A stretch of DNA of 64,000 bases. Source: Candidatus Eiseniibacteriota bacterium (GTDB lineage Bacteria > Eisenbacteria > RBG-16-71-46). Below the pieces are notes generated by a model. That model worked only from the letters and a program-made list of their open reading frames with translations, had not been told where the DNA came from and searched no databases. Shown here piece after piece: positions 11,678 through 20,683 of the stretch. Where the stretch lies: NCBI GenBank assembly GCA_963776245.1, contig CAVZLN010000008.1, forward strand, positions 64,001 through 128,000, read 5' to 3'. The translations under genes and the position numbers were made by a program. Numbering within the stretch: position 1 is the first letter of the stretch; each line of letters opens with the position of its first letter.

Positions 11678-13242
11678 GGGGTCTCCTCCCGTCCGGTGAC
11701 CATGCGGCGCAGGCGCCGCGCCGCGATGCGACGTTCCTCGCGCACCGCGTTCTCGAACTCCTCGCCCGGCGACAGCGCGCTGCGGCGCTCGAGCTCGGCC
11801 AGGATCTCGCGCGCGCCACGCCCGGCCGCGGCGATCAGGAACACGTGGCCGAAGCGCTCCTCGTAGCGCCGATTCCCCGCCGCGAGCGCCCGGCTCACGC
11901 GGTCGTCCGCGTCGTGCGCGGCCGACTGCTCGGCGGCCGAGAACGAGCGCTCGCGCGCGTCGGCCTGCGCGGCCTCGCGGGACTCGCCGATGCGCGGGTG
12001 GGTGGCGAAGCACGCGAGCCAGTCCTCGCGCGTCAGCGCGCCGGCGGCGCTCTCCGCGGCGGCGAGCAGCGCGGCGAGATCCGCGTACGGGCGCGCCGCG
12101 AGCACGCGCTCGGCCCAGCGCTCGCCGCCCACGCAGGCGCGCAATGCGGCGGCGGCCGGGCCCGGCGCCAGCGCGCCGAGCCAGCGCAGGCCGAGTTCGG
12201 CGCGGCCGCGCTCGGTCAGCGTGCCGAACAGCCGCAGCCTCGCCACGCCGCCGTCGGGCAGGATGCGCAGGCGCGCCGCGCGCGCCGGGCCGGCGGCGAG
12301 CAGGCGGCGCGCGAAATGGTGGCGCCGGTGCGCGCGCACGCGGACCTCGGGGAGCAGGGCTCGCCAGGGCGCTCCCGTCACCGACGCCTGGTCCAGCGCG
12401 GCGACCTCCGCGGCCACCTCGATCGCCACCTGGCCCGGGGCGTTGCCCTTGAAGTGGGAGGTGTCCACCACCGCGTGCTCGATCACGCCCTCGGCCGCCA
12501 GCTTCACCAGCGCCCAGTCGTGGCCGGGACCGCGGCGGCGGCGCGTCTCCCAGCCATCGGCCATCCCGCGGCTCGCGCCCGGCAGGACGAGGTGATGGCG
12601 GCTGCCGAAGAACTCGTCGCTCGCCGCGGTCACCGCGGCGCCGTGGGCGAGCGCAGCGAGGTCCACCAGGCCGCGCGTCTCGCGCAGCGTGCCGGGCTCC
12701 GGGAGGGGCTCGCCGTGCACGCGCAGGCGTGCCACGCCGCCGTCGGGGTAGATGCGCAGGCGCAGGTGGCTGAAGCGCCAGGGGACATCGAGAGCGAACC
12801 GGTTGCGAGTGTCCCCCGCGAGCGGCGCCTGGGGCAGGATCTCCTCCCACGCGCACGGCGCGCTCTCGAGCCACTCCAGCGGCGCGTCGGCGGGGGCATC
12901 GCAGGCCTCGATCGAGCACGCCGCCGGGAAGTTGCCGCGGAAGAAGCGGGTGTCCACCACCACGCCGTGGATGCGGCCCGCGAGGCCGAGGCGGATCAGG
13001 CACCAGTCGTGCCCCGGAGTGCGGCGGCGGCGCGTCTCCCAGCCGTCCATCCACTTGCCGCGCGCGGTGTACGCATCGGCGCGCCAGCGGGGCTCGTCGG
13101 CCCGCAGCAGACGCTGGCGCGGCGCGAAGAAGTCGTCGTTGGCGGCGAGTGCCACCGCGCCGATGCGCGCCGAGGCGAGGTTCACCAGGCGCTCGAAGGC
13201 GGCCGGCAGATCCTGCGGCGGGGCCGCGGACGGATCGATCAT
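11674..13242 (-). CDS. alc: Allantoicase fused to OHCU decarboxylase
   Basis: Two allantoicase repeats (DGWETRRRR, PDGGVARLR) continuing in frame into a UraD domain (HPRIGE, S..EQS, NRRYEERFGHVFLI); ATGA overlaps at both ends. Confidence 0.9.
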   Translation of the reverse strand: MIDPSAAPPQDLPAAFERLVNLASARIGAVALAANDDFFAPRQRLLRADEPRWRADAYTARGKWMDGWETRRRRTPGHDWCLIRLGLAGRIHGVVVDTRFFRGNFPAACSIEACDAPADAPLEWLESAPCAWEEILPQAPLAGDTRNRFALDVPWRFSHLRLRIYPDGGVARLRVHGEPLPEPGTLRETRGLVDLAALAHGAAVTAASDEFFGSRHHLVLPGASRGMADGWETRRRRGPGHDWALVKLAAEGVIEHAVVDTSHFKGNAPGQVAIEVAAEVAALDQASVTGAPWRALLPEVRVRAHRRHHFARRLLAAGPARAARLRILPDGGVARLRLFGTLTERGRAELGLRWLGALAPGPAAAALRACVGGERWAERVLAARPYADLAALLAAAESAAGALTREDWLACFATHPRIGESREAAQADARERSFSAAEQSAAHDADDRVSRALAAGNRRYEERFGHVFLIAAAGRGAREILAELERRSALSPGEEFENAVREERRIAARRLRRMVTGREETP

Positions 13243-14666
13243 GTTCTCTCCAGCAGCCGGCCACGTGCCGGTCCGATGCTGTGACCGTCGGAGTATACGG
13301 GCTCGCCGGCCAGGTACGTGGCCCGCACCACGCCGCGCACCCGCCGCCCCGCGTACGGCGTGTGCGGATGGCGGAAGCGGAGCCGGGCGGGCTCCACCTC
13401 CCACTCGGCGTCGGGGTCGAACACCACCAGATCGGCGTCGCGTCCGGCCACGATGGCCCCCTTGGCGGCCTCCAGCCCGGCGAGGCGCGCGGGCCCCGCC
13501 GACAGCCAGCGCACCACCTCGGCGAGCGGCACGCCGCGACGGCGCGCCTCGGTCCACACCAGCGGGAGCGCCAGCCCGAGCGAGGCGATCCCTCCCCACG
13601 CGCGCAGGAAGTCGCCGGTCCCGAGGTGCTTCGCCGCGGGCGGGCTCGGGGAATGATCGGTCACCACCGCGTCCAGCACGCCACCGCCGAGGGCCGCCCA
13701 CAGGGCCTCGCGATCCGCCGCGGAGCGGATCGGCGGCGCGCACTTGCAGAGCGTGTCGCCGTCGGCGATGTCCTCGGCGGCGAACACCAGGTGGTGGGGA
13801 CAGGTCTCGGCGGTCACGCGCACGCCCTCCGCCCGCGCGGTGGCGAGGAGCTCGAGCGCCGCGGCCGAGGAGACGTGCACGACATGCACGCGCGCCCCGG
13901 TGCGGCGCGCCCCGGCGATCAGCCGCGCCACCGCCTCGGTCTCGGCCGCGACCGGTCGGGTGGCGAGCCAGGTGGCGTGGCGCCGGGGATCGCTCGCCGC
14001 CGGCGCGGTGGCGAGCGCGGCCGGCCACTCGGCGTGCACCAGCAGCACGGTGCCCAGTGCGGCGGCCTGCTCGAGCGCCACCGCCAGCGCGGGCGCGTCG
14101 AGCGGAGGGAACTCGGCGACCCCGGAGTCGCAGAGGAACGCCTTGAAGCCGAACGCCCCCGCGCGATGGAGCACGGCGCGCGAGTCCTCGTTGCCGGGCA
14201 CCGCGCCCGCCCACAGGCCCACGTCCACGTGGATCCGGCCGCGCGCCGCGTCGCGCTTGGCCTCGAGCGCCGCCACGTCGGTGACCGCGGGAATGCTGTT
14301 GAGCGGCATGTCGAGCAGCGTGGTGACGCCGCCCGCGGCCGCGGCCCGGGTCGCGGAGTCGAAGCCCTCCCACTCGGTGCGCCCCGGCTCGTTGATGTGC
14401 ACGTGGGTGTCGGTGAGCCCCGGCAGGAGCACTGCGTCACCGGCGTCGATCAAACGCGCGCCGGCGGGCAGGTCATCGTGCGCGCCGAGCCTCTCGATGC
14501 GCCCATCGCGCACGTGCACCGTGGCGGCACGTTCGCCCGCGCCCACCAGCACCCGGCGCGCGCGGAAGACGGTCGCGGCGGCGGGCGCGGCCGGCCCGCT
14601 CGTGGCGGGGGCTCGCGCGGGCCCGGCTGGTGGGCCGGAGCCGGCGGGTCGTGAGCGGGAGGTCAT
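13239..14666 (-). CDS. allB: Allantoinase (metal-dependent)
   Basis: DTHVHINEPGRTEWEGF, GGVTTLLDMPLNS, HAE, ETCPH, KCAPPIR, TDHSP, AWGGI. Confidence 0.93.
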   Translation of the reverse strand: MTSRSRPAGSGPPAGPARAPATSGPAAPAAATVFRARRVLVGAGERAATVHVRDGRIERLGAHDDLPAGARLIDAGDAVLLPGLTDTHVHINEPGRTEWEGFDSATRAAAAGGVTTLLDMPLNSIPAVTDVAALEAKRDAARGRIHVDVGLWAGAVPGNEDSRAVLHRAGAFGFKAFLCDSGVAEFPPLDAPALAVALEQAAALGTVLLVHAEWPAALATAPAASDPRRHATWLATRPVAAETEAVARLIAGARRTGARVHVVHVSSAAALELLATARAEGVRVTAETCPHHLVFAAEDIADGDTLCKCAPPIRSAADREALWAALGGGVLDAVVTDHSPSPPAAKHLGTGDFLRAWGGIASLGLALPLVWTEARRRGVPLAEVVRWLSAGPARLAGLEAAKGAIVAGRDADLVVFDPDAEWEVEPARLRFRHPHTPYAGRRVRGVVRATYLAGEPVYSDGHSIGPARGRLLERT

Positions 14667-14841
14667 GACCCGGCAGGAAAGCATCGCCTCGCGAGCACCG
14701 TCAAGGCCGGGGCGCGGCACGGGCCCCGCGGCCGGCGCGCGGCGCGCCCGGCCGCGGCGGGATCGGGCGGCGAGCGCCGTTCTTCCCGGCGGCGCATTCC
14801 GCCGGTGCGCGGACCGCGGTCGTACGGTAGTCTCGCGCCCC

Positions 14842-16050
14842 ATGTCCCTCCACGAGTGGCTCAACCTCGCCCTGCGGTGGACCCATCTCATCGCCGGCAT
14901 CGCCTGGATCGGCAGTTCGTTCTACTTCATCTGGCTCGACCAGCATCTCGAGAGCGCGAGTGCCGCGGGCGACGTGGAAGGCACGCTGTGGATGGTGCAC
15001 AGCGGCGGCTTCTACCGCGTCGAGCGCCGCCGGGTAGGCCCGGGGCAGATGCCTTCGAGGCTCCACTGGTTCAAGTGGGAAGCGGCCATCACCTGGATCT
15101 CCGGCGTGGCGTTGCTGGTGGTGGTGTACTACGCCACCGGCGGCCTCTACCTGCTCGACCCGGCGCGCTCGGGCCTCGGCGTCGGTGCCGCGGTGGCGCT
15201 GGGCATCGGCACGCTCGTGGCGGGGTGGTTCGTGTACGACGCGCTGTGGCGGTGGGGTGAACGCGGCCACGAGCGCGCGGCGCTGGCGCTCTCGCTGGCG
15301 CTGCTGGCGGCGGTGGCCTACGGGCTCTGCCACGCGCTCTCCGGGCGCGCGGCGTTCCTGCACATGGGCGCGCTGCTGGGCACGCTGATGGCCGCCAACG
15401 TGTGGGAACGCATCCTGCCCGCGCAGCGCCGCATGGTGCGCGCCGCCGAGCGCGGCGAGGAGCCCGACCTCGCGGACTCGCGCCAGGCCAAGCGGCGCTC
15501 GGTGCACAACAGCTACCTCACCTTTCCCCTTCTGTTCATGATGCTGAGCACGCACTACCCGGGCACCTGGGCGTATCCGCAGAGCGCGCTGGTGCTACTG
15601 CTGATGACCGTCGTGGGCATGAGTGCCCGCCACCTCATGATCGGCGGGCCGCGCCGGCGCCGGGCGTGGCTGCCACTGGCCGCGGCGGCCGCGGCCGCGG
15701 TGGCGCTGGTGCCCTCGGTCGCGCTGCTGCCGCGCCATCGAGTGGCGACCGCGGCGGTGGCGCCCGACGCCCCGGCGTTCGCCGAGGTGCAGGCGGTGGT
15801 GCGCGCACGCTGCATCGCGTGTCACTCGCGGCAGCCGCGCCTGGCCTACTTCGGCGCCGCCCCGGGCGGCGTGAGCTTCGACGATCCCGCGGTGCTGCGC
15901 CGCTACGCCGCGCGCCTGCAGGCGCGCGTGGTCGAGACCCGCACCATGCCGCTCGAGAACATGACCGGCATGACCGACGAGGAGCGCGCGCTGATCGCGC
16001 GCTGGATCGCGGCGGGTGCGCCCGGGGACGAGCCCGCGCGCGGGCGTTGA
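14842..16050 (+). CDS. puuD: Membrane urate hydroxylase with C-terminal cytochrome c
   Basis: RWTHLIAGIAWIGSSFYF, WMVHSGGFY, LHWFKWEA, RSVHNSY, CIACH heme motif, MPLEN. Confidence 0.92.
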   Translation: MSLHEWLNLALRWTHLIAGIAWIGSSFYFIWLDQHLESASAAGDVEGTLWMVHSGGFYRVERRRVGPGQMPSRLHWFKWEAAITWISGVALLVVVYYATGGLYLLDPARSGLGVGAAVALGIGTLVAGWFVYDALWRWGERGHERAALALSLALLAAVAYGLCHALSGRAAFLHMGALLGTLMAANVWERILPAQRRMVRAAERGEEPDLADSRQAKRRSVHNSYLTFPLLFMMLSTHYPGTWAYPQSALVLLLMTVVGMSARHLMIGGPRRRRAWLPLAAAAAAAVALVPSVALLPRHRVATAAVAPDAPAFAEVQAVVRARCIACHSRQPRLAYFGAAPGGVSFDDPAVLRRYAARLQARVVETRTMPLENMTGMTDEERALIARWIAAGAPGDEPARGR

Positions 16051-16061
16051 GCGGACGCGCC

Positions 16062-16877
16062 ATGGATCGCACGGAGGAGGGGCCTCCCGCTCCCGTCGAA
16101 CCCGCGCCCGAGGAGCCCGACGAGGTCGCGCCCGACCCCGATGAGCCGCCGCCAGTCGAACTGTGGTCGGCGGTGGGGGACGTCACGCCGTGGGGCACCA
16201 CCCTGATCCTGCTGACCTGGGCCGCGGTGTTCGCCACCCTCGCGTTCCGGCGCCAGGTCGGGGACGACTTGGCCTATCTCGCGTGGGGCGCCAGCGCCAC
16301 CGGATTCGACTTGCCCGACAGCGCGTGGCGGCTGCTGGCCTCCACCTTCGTGCACGCGGGTGCGGCGCACGTGTTCTTCAATGCCACCAGCATGATGATC
16401 ATGGGCCCCGCGGTGGAGCGCGTGTTCACGCGCTGGGCGTTCTGGGTGGTGTGGGCGCTGGGCGGCGGCGCGGCCTCGCTCGCGAGCCTGGCGTGGCGAG
16501 CGAGTCAGGCGGGCGGCGGGTACAGCCTGAGCGTGGGCGGCTCGGGAGCGATCTTCGCCCTCGGCGGCGCGATGCTGATGGCCGCGTTCCGGCTGCGGCA
16601 CCGGCTGGCGCCGACGCGGGCACGGGCCCTCGCCGCGGCGCTCCTCTTCCTGATCGCGCCCGCGCTCGCGGCGGGCTTCACGCGGCTCGGCACCGACAAT
16701 GCCGCGCACGCCGGCGGATTGGTCGCGGGCGCGGCGCTCGGCGCCCTGCTCCCCGTGAGCCCGGGCCTCGGCGGGCCGCGCCCGGGGCTCGCGCTGCGCG
16801 GGCTCGCGACGCTTTGCGTGCTCGCGCTCGCCGCGTCACTGGCGCTCGCCGTCCGCGGCGGGCTGGGATGGGGATGA
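16062..16877 (+). CDS. Rhomboid intramembrane serine protease
   Basis: WRLLASTFVHAGAAHVFFN, VGGSGAIF (catalytic Ser), DNAAHAGG (His). Confidence 0.88.
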   Translation: MDRTEEGPPAPVEPAPEEPDEVAPDPDEPPPVELWSAVGDVTPWGTTLILLTWAAVFATLAFRRQVGDDLAYLAWGASATGFDLPDSAWRLLASTFVHAGAAHVFFNATSMMIMGPAVERVFTRWAFWVVWALGGGAASLASLAWRASQAGGGYSLSVGGSGAIFALGGAMLMAAFRLRHRLAPTRARALAAALLFLIAPALAAGFTRLGTDNAAHAGGLVAGAALGALLPVSPGLGGPRPGLALRGLATLCVLALAASLALAVRGGLGWG

Positions 16878-16938
16878 ATCGAACCGGCGCCATCCCTATC
16901 CAAAGCGGCGTGGGTCGATCGCGCGCGTGGAGGACGAC

Positions 16939-17514
16939 ATGAAGCTGGGCGGGTTGGCCGGGGCCCTCGTGGCGCTGGCACTGACAGGGTCGGGCACGCC
17001 GGCGATCGCCGGTGGAGGGGGGCAGGTGACGGATGGCATCCTGGGCTTCCGGGTGAAGACGGCGGCGGGCGGCGAGCAGAGCCTCGGCGACTTCCGCGGC
17101 AAGACGCTGCTGGTGGTCAACACCGCTTCGAAGTGCGGCTTCACCCCGCAGTACAAGTCGCTCGAGGCGCTCTACGAGAAGTACAAGGATCGCGGCCTGG
17201 TGGTGCTGGCGTTCCCGGCCAATGACTTCCTGCACCAGGAGCCGGGCACCGACGCCGAGATCCAGAGCTTCTGCAGCCTGAAGTACGGCACGACCTTCCC
17301 GGTGTTCGCGAAGATCAGCGTGAAGGGCCGGCACATGGCGCCGCTCTACGCCTATCTCACCCGGGACTCCGGGTTCGCGGGCGACATCGAGTGGAACTTC
17401 ACCAAGTTCCTCGTCGGCCCCGACGGCAGGGTGGTGGCGCGCTTCGGGCCGAAGATCGATCCGCTCGCGGACCAGGTCACCGAGCGGATCGCGGCGCTGC
17501 TGCCCGCGAAGTAG
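16939..17514 (+). CDS. Cys-type glutathione peroxidase with N-terminal signal peptide
   Basis: VNTASKCGFT, FPANDF..QEPG, WNFTKFL; GGAGG RBS. Confidence 0.92.
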   Translation: MKLGGLAGALVALALTGSGTPAIAGGGGQVTDGILGFRVKTAAGGEQSLGDFRGKTLLVVNTASKCGFTPQYKSLEALYEKYKDRGLVVLAFPANDFLHQEPGTDAEIQSFCSLKYGTTFPVFAKISVKGRHMAPLYAYLTRDSGFAGDIEWNFTKFLVGPDGRVVARFGPKIDPLADQVTERIAALLPAK

Positions 17515-17648
17515 CGACCGCGGGCCCCGGGCGTCGGCGCGTGAACGCCGGTGGCCACCGGCACCCGCCGGCCCCGGCTCGGGCGGCACCGCTTCCCGGC
17601 GAGGTTTCGATTCCCCGGGATCGCCGCGTGTCGTAGTGTGCGCGCACC

Positions 17649-18878
17649 ATGCTCAACTGGATCTGGGCCGCGTTCTTCCTCGTCGCGTTCGTCGCCGCGC
17701 TGGTGCAGGCGGTGGCATTCGGGCGCCCCGAGGTGTTCCGCGACGTCGTCGGCGCGCTGTTCGACTCCTCCAAGACCGGCTTCGAGATCGCCCTCGGGCT
17801 CACCGGCGTGATGAGCCTGTGGCTCGGGCTGATGCGCATCGGCGAGCGCGGCGGGGTGATCGAGTCCATCGCGCGGATGTTCCGGCCGCTGTTCAACCGG
17901 CTCTTCCCGGGCCTGCCCGACGGCCACCCGGCGGCCGGCGCGATCGTGATGAACCTCTCCGCCAACGTGCTCGGCCTCGACAACGCCGCGACCCCGCTCG
18001 GTCTCAAGGCGATGAAGGAGCTGGAGACCCTCAACACCCAGCCGGAGCGCGCCACCGACGAGATGATCCTGTTCATGGTCATCAACGCCTCGTCGGTGAC
18101 GGTGCTGCCGATGACCATCTTCACGTTCCGCGCCCAGCTCGGAGCGGCCGACCCGACCGACGTGTTCGTGCCCATCCTGATCGCCACCTATTGCAGCACC
18201 ATGTGCGGCCTGCTGGTCACCGCGGCGGTGCAGAAGTTGAGCCTGTGGAACCGCGTGGTGATGGGCTGGCTCGCGCTGCTCACGGCGCTGGTGGGCGGAC
18301 TGGTGTGGTACTTCGCGCGGCTCGACGCGGAGCAGGTGGGGCGTCAGTCGGCGCTCCTCGCCAACGCCCTGCTGCTCGGCGTCATCCTCCTGTTCCTGAC
18401 CGCCGGCGCGCGCCGCAAGGTGCCGCTCTACGAGACCTTCGTCGAGGGCGCGAAGGAGGGCTTCACCGTCGCCATCGGCATCGTCCCCTACCTGGTGGCG
18501 ATCCTGGTGGCGGTCGGGGCGCTGCGCGCGAGCGGCGCGCTCGAGGCCCTGCTGGGCGCCATCCGCACCGCCGTGAGCGGGCTGAGCCTCGACACCCGCT
18601 GGGTGGACGCGCTCCCGACCGCGCTCATCAAGCCGCTCTCGGGCAGCGGCGCCCGCGGGCTGATGGTGGAGACCATGAAGACGCTCGGCCCCGATTCGTT
18701 CGCCGGCCGGCTGACGTGCATCATCCAGGGCAGCACCGAGACCACGTTCTACATCCTGGCGGTCTACTTCGGCTCGGTCGGGGTGAAGAACACGCGTCAC
18801 GCGCTCGCCTGCGGGCTGGCCGCCGACGCGGCGGGCGTGATCGCCGCCATCCTGGTGGCCTACCTGTTCTTCGGCTGA
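17649..18878 (+). CDS. Fused SpmA/SpmB (nucleoside-recognition gate domain) membrane protein
   Basis: MLNWIW, ANVLGLDNAATPLGLKAM, FVEGAKEGF, KPLSGSGA, QGSTETTFY. Confidence 0.88.
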   Translation: MLNWIWAAFFLVAFVAALVQAVAFGRPEVFRDVVGALFDSSKTGFEIALGLTGVMSLWLGLMRIGERGGVIESIARMFRPLFNRLFPGLPDGHPAAGAIVMNLSANVLGLDNAATPLGLKAMKELETLNTQPERATDEMILFMVINASSVTVLPMTIFTFRAQLGAADPTDVFVPILIATYCSTMCGLLVTAAVQKLSLWNRVVMGWLALLTALVGGLVWYFARLDAEQVGRQSALLANALLLGVILLFLTAGARRKVPLYETFVEGAKEGFTVAIGIVPYLVAILVAVGALRASGALEALLGAIRTAVSGLSLDTRWVDALPTALIKPLSGSGARGLMVETMKTLGPDSFAGRLTCIIQGSTETTFYILAVYFGSVGVKNTRHALACGLAADAAGVIAAILVAYLFFG

Positions 18879-18908
18879 GCCCCGCGGCCGCCCCGGCCCG
18901 CGGGCGCG

Positions 18909-19820
18909 CTACCGCGCCGGCCCGCTCGCGATCCCGAACGCGAGACGATGGCCGGACGGATCGCGGACCACGAACCCTTCCGCGGAGGGCTCGATCTTCT
19001 CCCCCGCGGCGTTCAGCCGCGCGCGCAAGCGTTCGAGCTCCGCGGCGTCCGGCACCCGCACCTCGACCCGGTGCAGGCCGGCCGCGCCCTCGGGCGCGGC
19101 CGGCGCGCCCTCACCCGCCCAGGTGTTGAGGCCGACGTGGTGGTGGTAGCCGCCGGCCGAGACGAACAGCGCCGCCGGCCCGTAGCGCGTCACCAGGTCG
19201 AAGCCCAGCACGCCGACGTAGAAGCGCTCGGAGTCCGCGATCCGCGCCACCCGCAGGTGCACGTGGCCCATGCGGGTGCCGGCCGGCAGCCCGCTCCACG
19301 CCGCGCCCGATGCCTCGCTCTCGGCGAGCAGCGCGTGCAGGTCGAGCGGGTCGGTGGTCATGACGATGGAATCGCCCTCACGCGGCCACTCGGCACGCGG
19401 ACGATCGCGGTAGATCTCGATCCCATTGCCCTCGGGATCCGACAGGTACACCGCCTCGCTCACCCCGTGATCCGCGCCGCCGGTGAGCGGAGTGCCGGTG
19501 ACGACGAGATGGCGCAGCGCGTCCGCCAGATCGGCGCGCGTGGGCACCAGGAGGGCGAAGTGGTAGAGCCCGGTGGTGCCACGCGCCCGCGGCGCGGCGG
19601 GGCGCCCGGCGAGCACCAGCAGGTCCCCGTCGCCGGCGCCGAGGCGCGCGCTCTCCGCGTCGCGCACGCGCACCCGCAGGCCGATATGGCCGGTGTAGAA
19701 GGCGACCGCGCCCTCGAGATCGGTGACGATGAGATGCACGGCGCCGACCCCGCTGCCCACCGCCAGGCGGGGGTGCGACTTCGCGCGTTGCCGCGCGTCC
19801 GATGGACCGGGCTCCGACAT
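18909..19820 (-). CDS. VOC/glyoxalase family protein (CatE-like)
   Basis: GLYHFALLVP, DHGVSEAVYLSDPEGNGIEIYRD, GHVHL, GGYHHHVGLNTW. Confidence 0.88.
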   Translation of the reverse strand: MSEPGPSDARQRAKSHPRLAVGSGVGAVHLIVTDLEGAVAFYTGHIGLRVRVRDAESARLGAGDGDLLVLAGRPAAPRARGTTGLYHFALLVPTRADLADALRHLVVTGTPLTGGADHGVSEAVYLSDPEGNGIEIYRDRPRAEWPREGDSIVMTTDPLDLHALLAESEASGAAWSGLPAGTRMGHVHLRVARIADSERFYVGVLGFDLVTRYGPAALFVSAGGYHHHVGLNTWAGEGAPAAPEGAAGLHRVEVRVPDAAELERLRARLNAAGEKIEPSAEGFVVRDPSGHRLAFGIASGPAR

Positions 19821-19929
19821 GCGGTCACCTCATCGCGAACTCCATCCCCTGTCAAGCGCGCACCGCAACGCGACGGCCGCGCCCGGTGCCTCGGACGCGG
19901 CCGTCTCCATCGCCGCTCGGGCGCTGCGG

Positions 19930-20394
19930 TCAGTCGCGGTCGTGCTCCCGCCCATGCCCGCGGCCGCGCTCGCGTCCGGGCTCGCGGCCGTCCACCACCA
20001 CGACGCTCGACTTGCGCGCCAGCCCCGGCGGCATGCCGTGCGGATGATGCTTCCAGTGCCGCTCGGGCACCCGCCACAGCGCCACCGGCACCGCGCGGTC
20101 CCGCACCCGGACGAACGGCCCGCGCCAGCTGGCGGCGCGGTACCAACGGTCGTCGCGCACCACCCACCACCGCCCCCCGTAGCGGAACATGTCGTCGTCG
20201 CAGCGAGCGTCGTCCACGACGTACACGTTGCTCTCGCGCACGTACACCACCTCGGGCTGGCTCTGGATGGAGAGCCGCAGGGTGGTCGGACCATTCGCGA
20301 TCCCGAGGTCCACCCCCACCGCCGTGCCCGCCCACGCCGCGCCGGGCGTCATCGCGAGCAACGCGACGAACAGCCATCGCTTCGAGTTCCGCAT
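19930..20394 (-). CDS. Small secreted protein with HGMPPGLARK motif
   Basis: Signal peptide MRNSKRWLFVALLA..AWA; aromatic-rich core; PPGLARK then R/G/H-rich tail. Confidence 0.7.
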   Translation of the reverse strand: MRNSKRWLFVALLAMTPGAAWAGTAVGVDLGIANGPTTLRLSIQSQPEVVYVRESNVYVVDDARCDDDMFRYGGRWWVVRDDRWYRAASWRGPFVRVRDRAVPVALWRVPERHWKHHPHGMPPGLARKSSVVVVDGREPGRERGRGHGREHDRD

Positions 20395-20683
20395 CACGCG
20401 CCTCCCCTGCTCCGCGGTCGCGGCGCGCCAGTGCGCTCGGTCCCCGGGCCACGGGGCTCGCTGCAGCGCTCGTGCCAGAGGGCGGGGAAGCGCGGGCCGG
20501 GCTGGGGGGCAACGCGTTCGAGCGGGCTGGGCGCCCCACGACCCGGTCCCGGCCATGCGAATCGCAACGCGCGGACGACGCTCCCCGCCCTGCGGCGCCT
20601 CACGACGGTGGTCCACCTTGTCCGTTCCCACCGCCCGCGAACCATGGCACCATGCGCGCTCCACCCACGACCGGAGGTCGACC

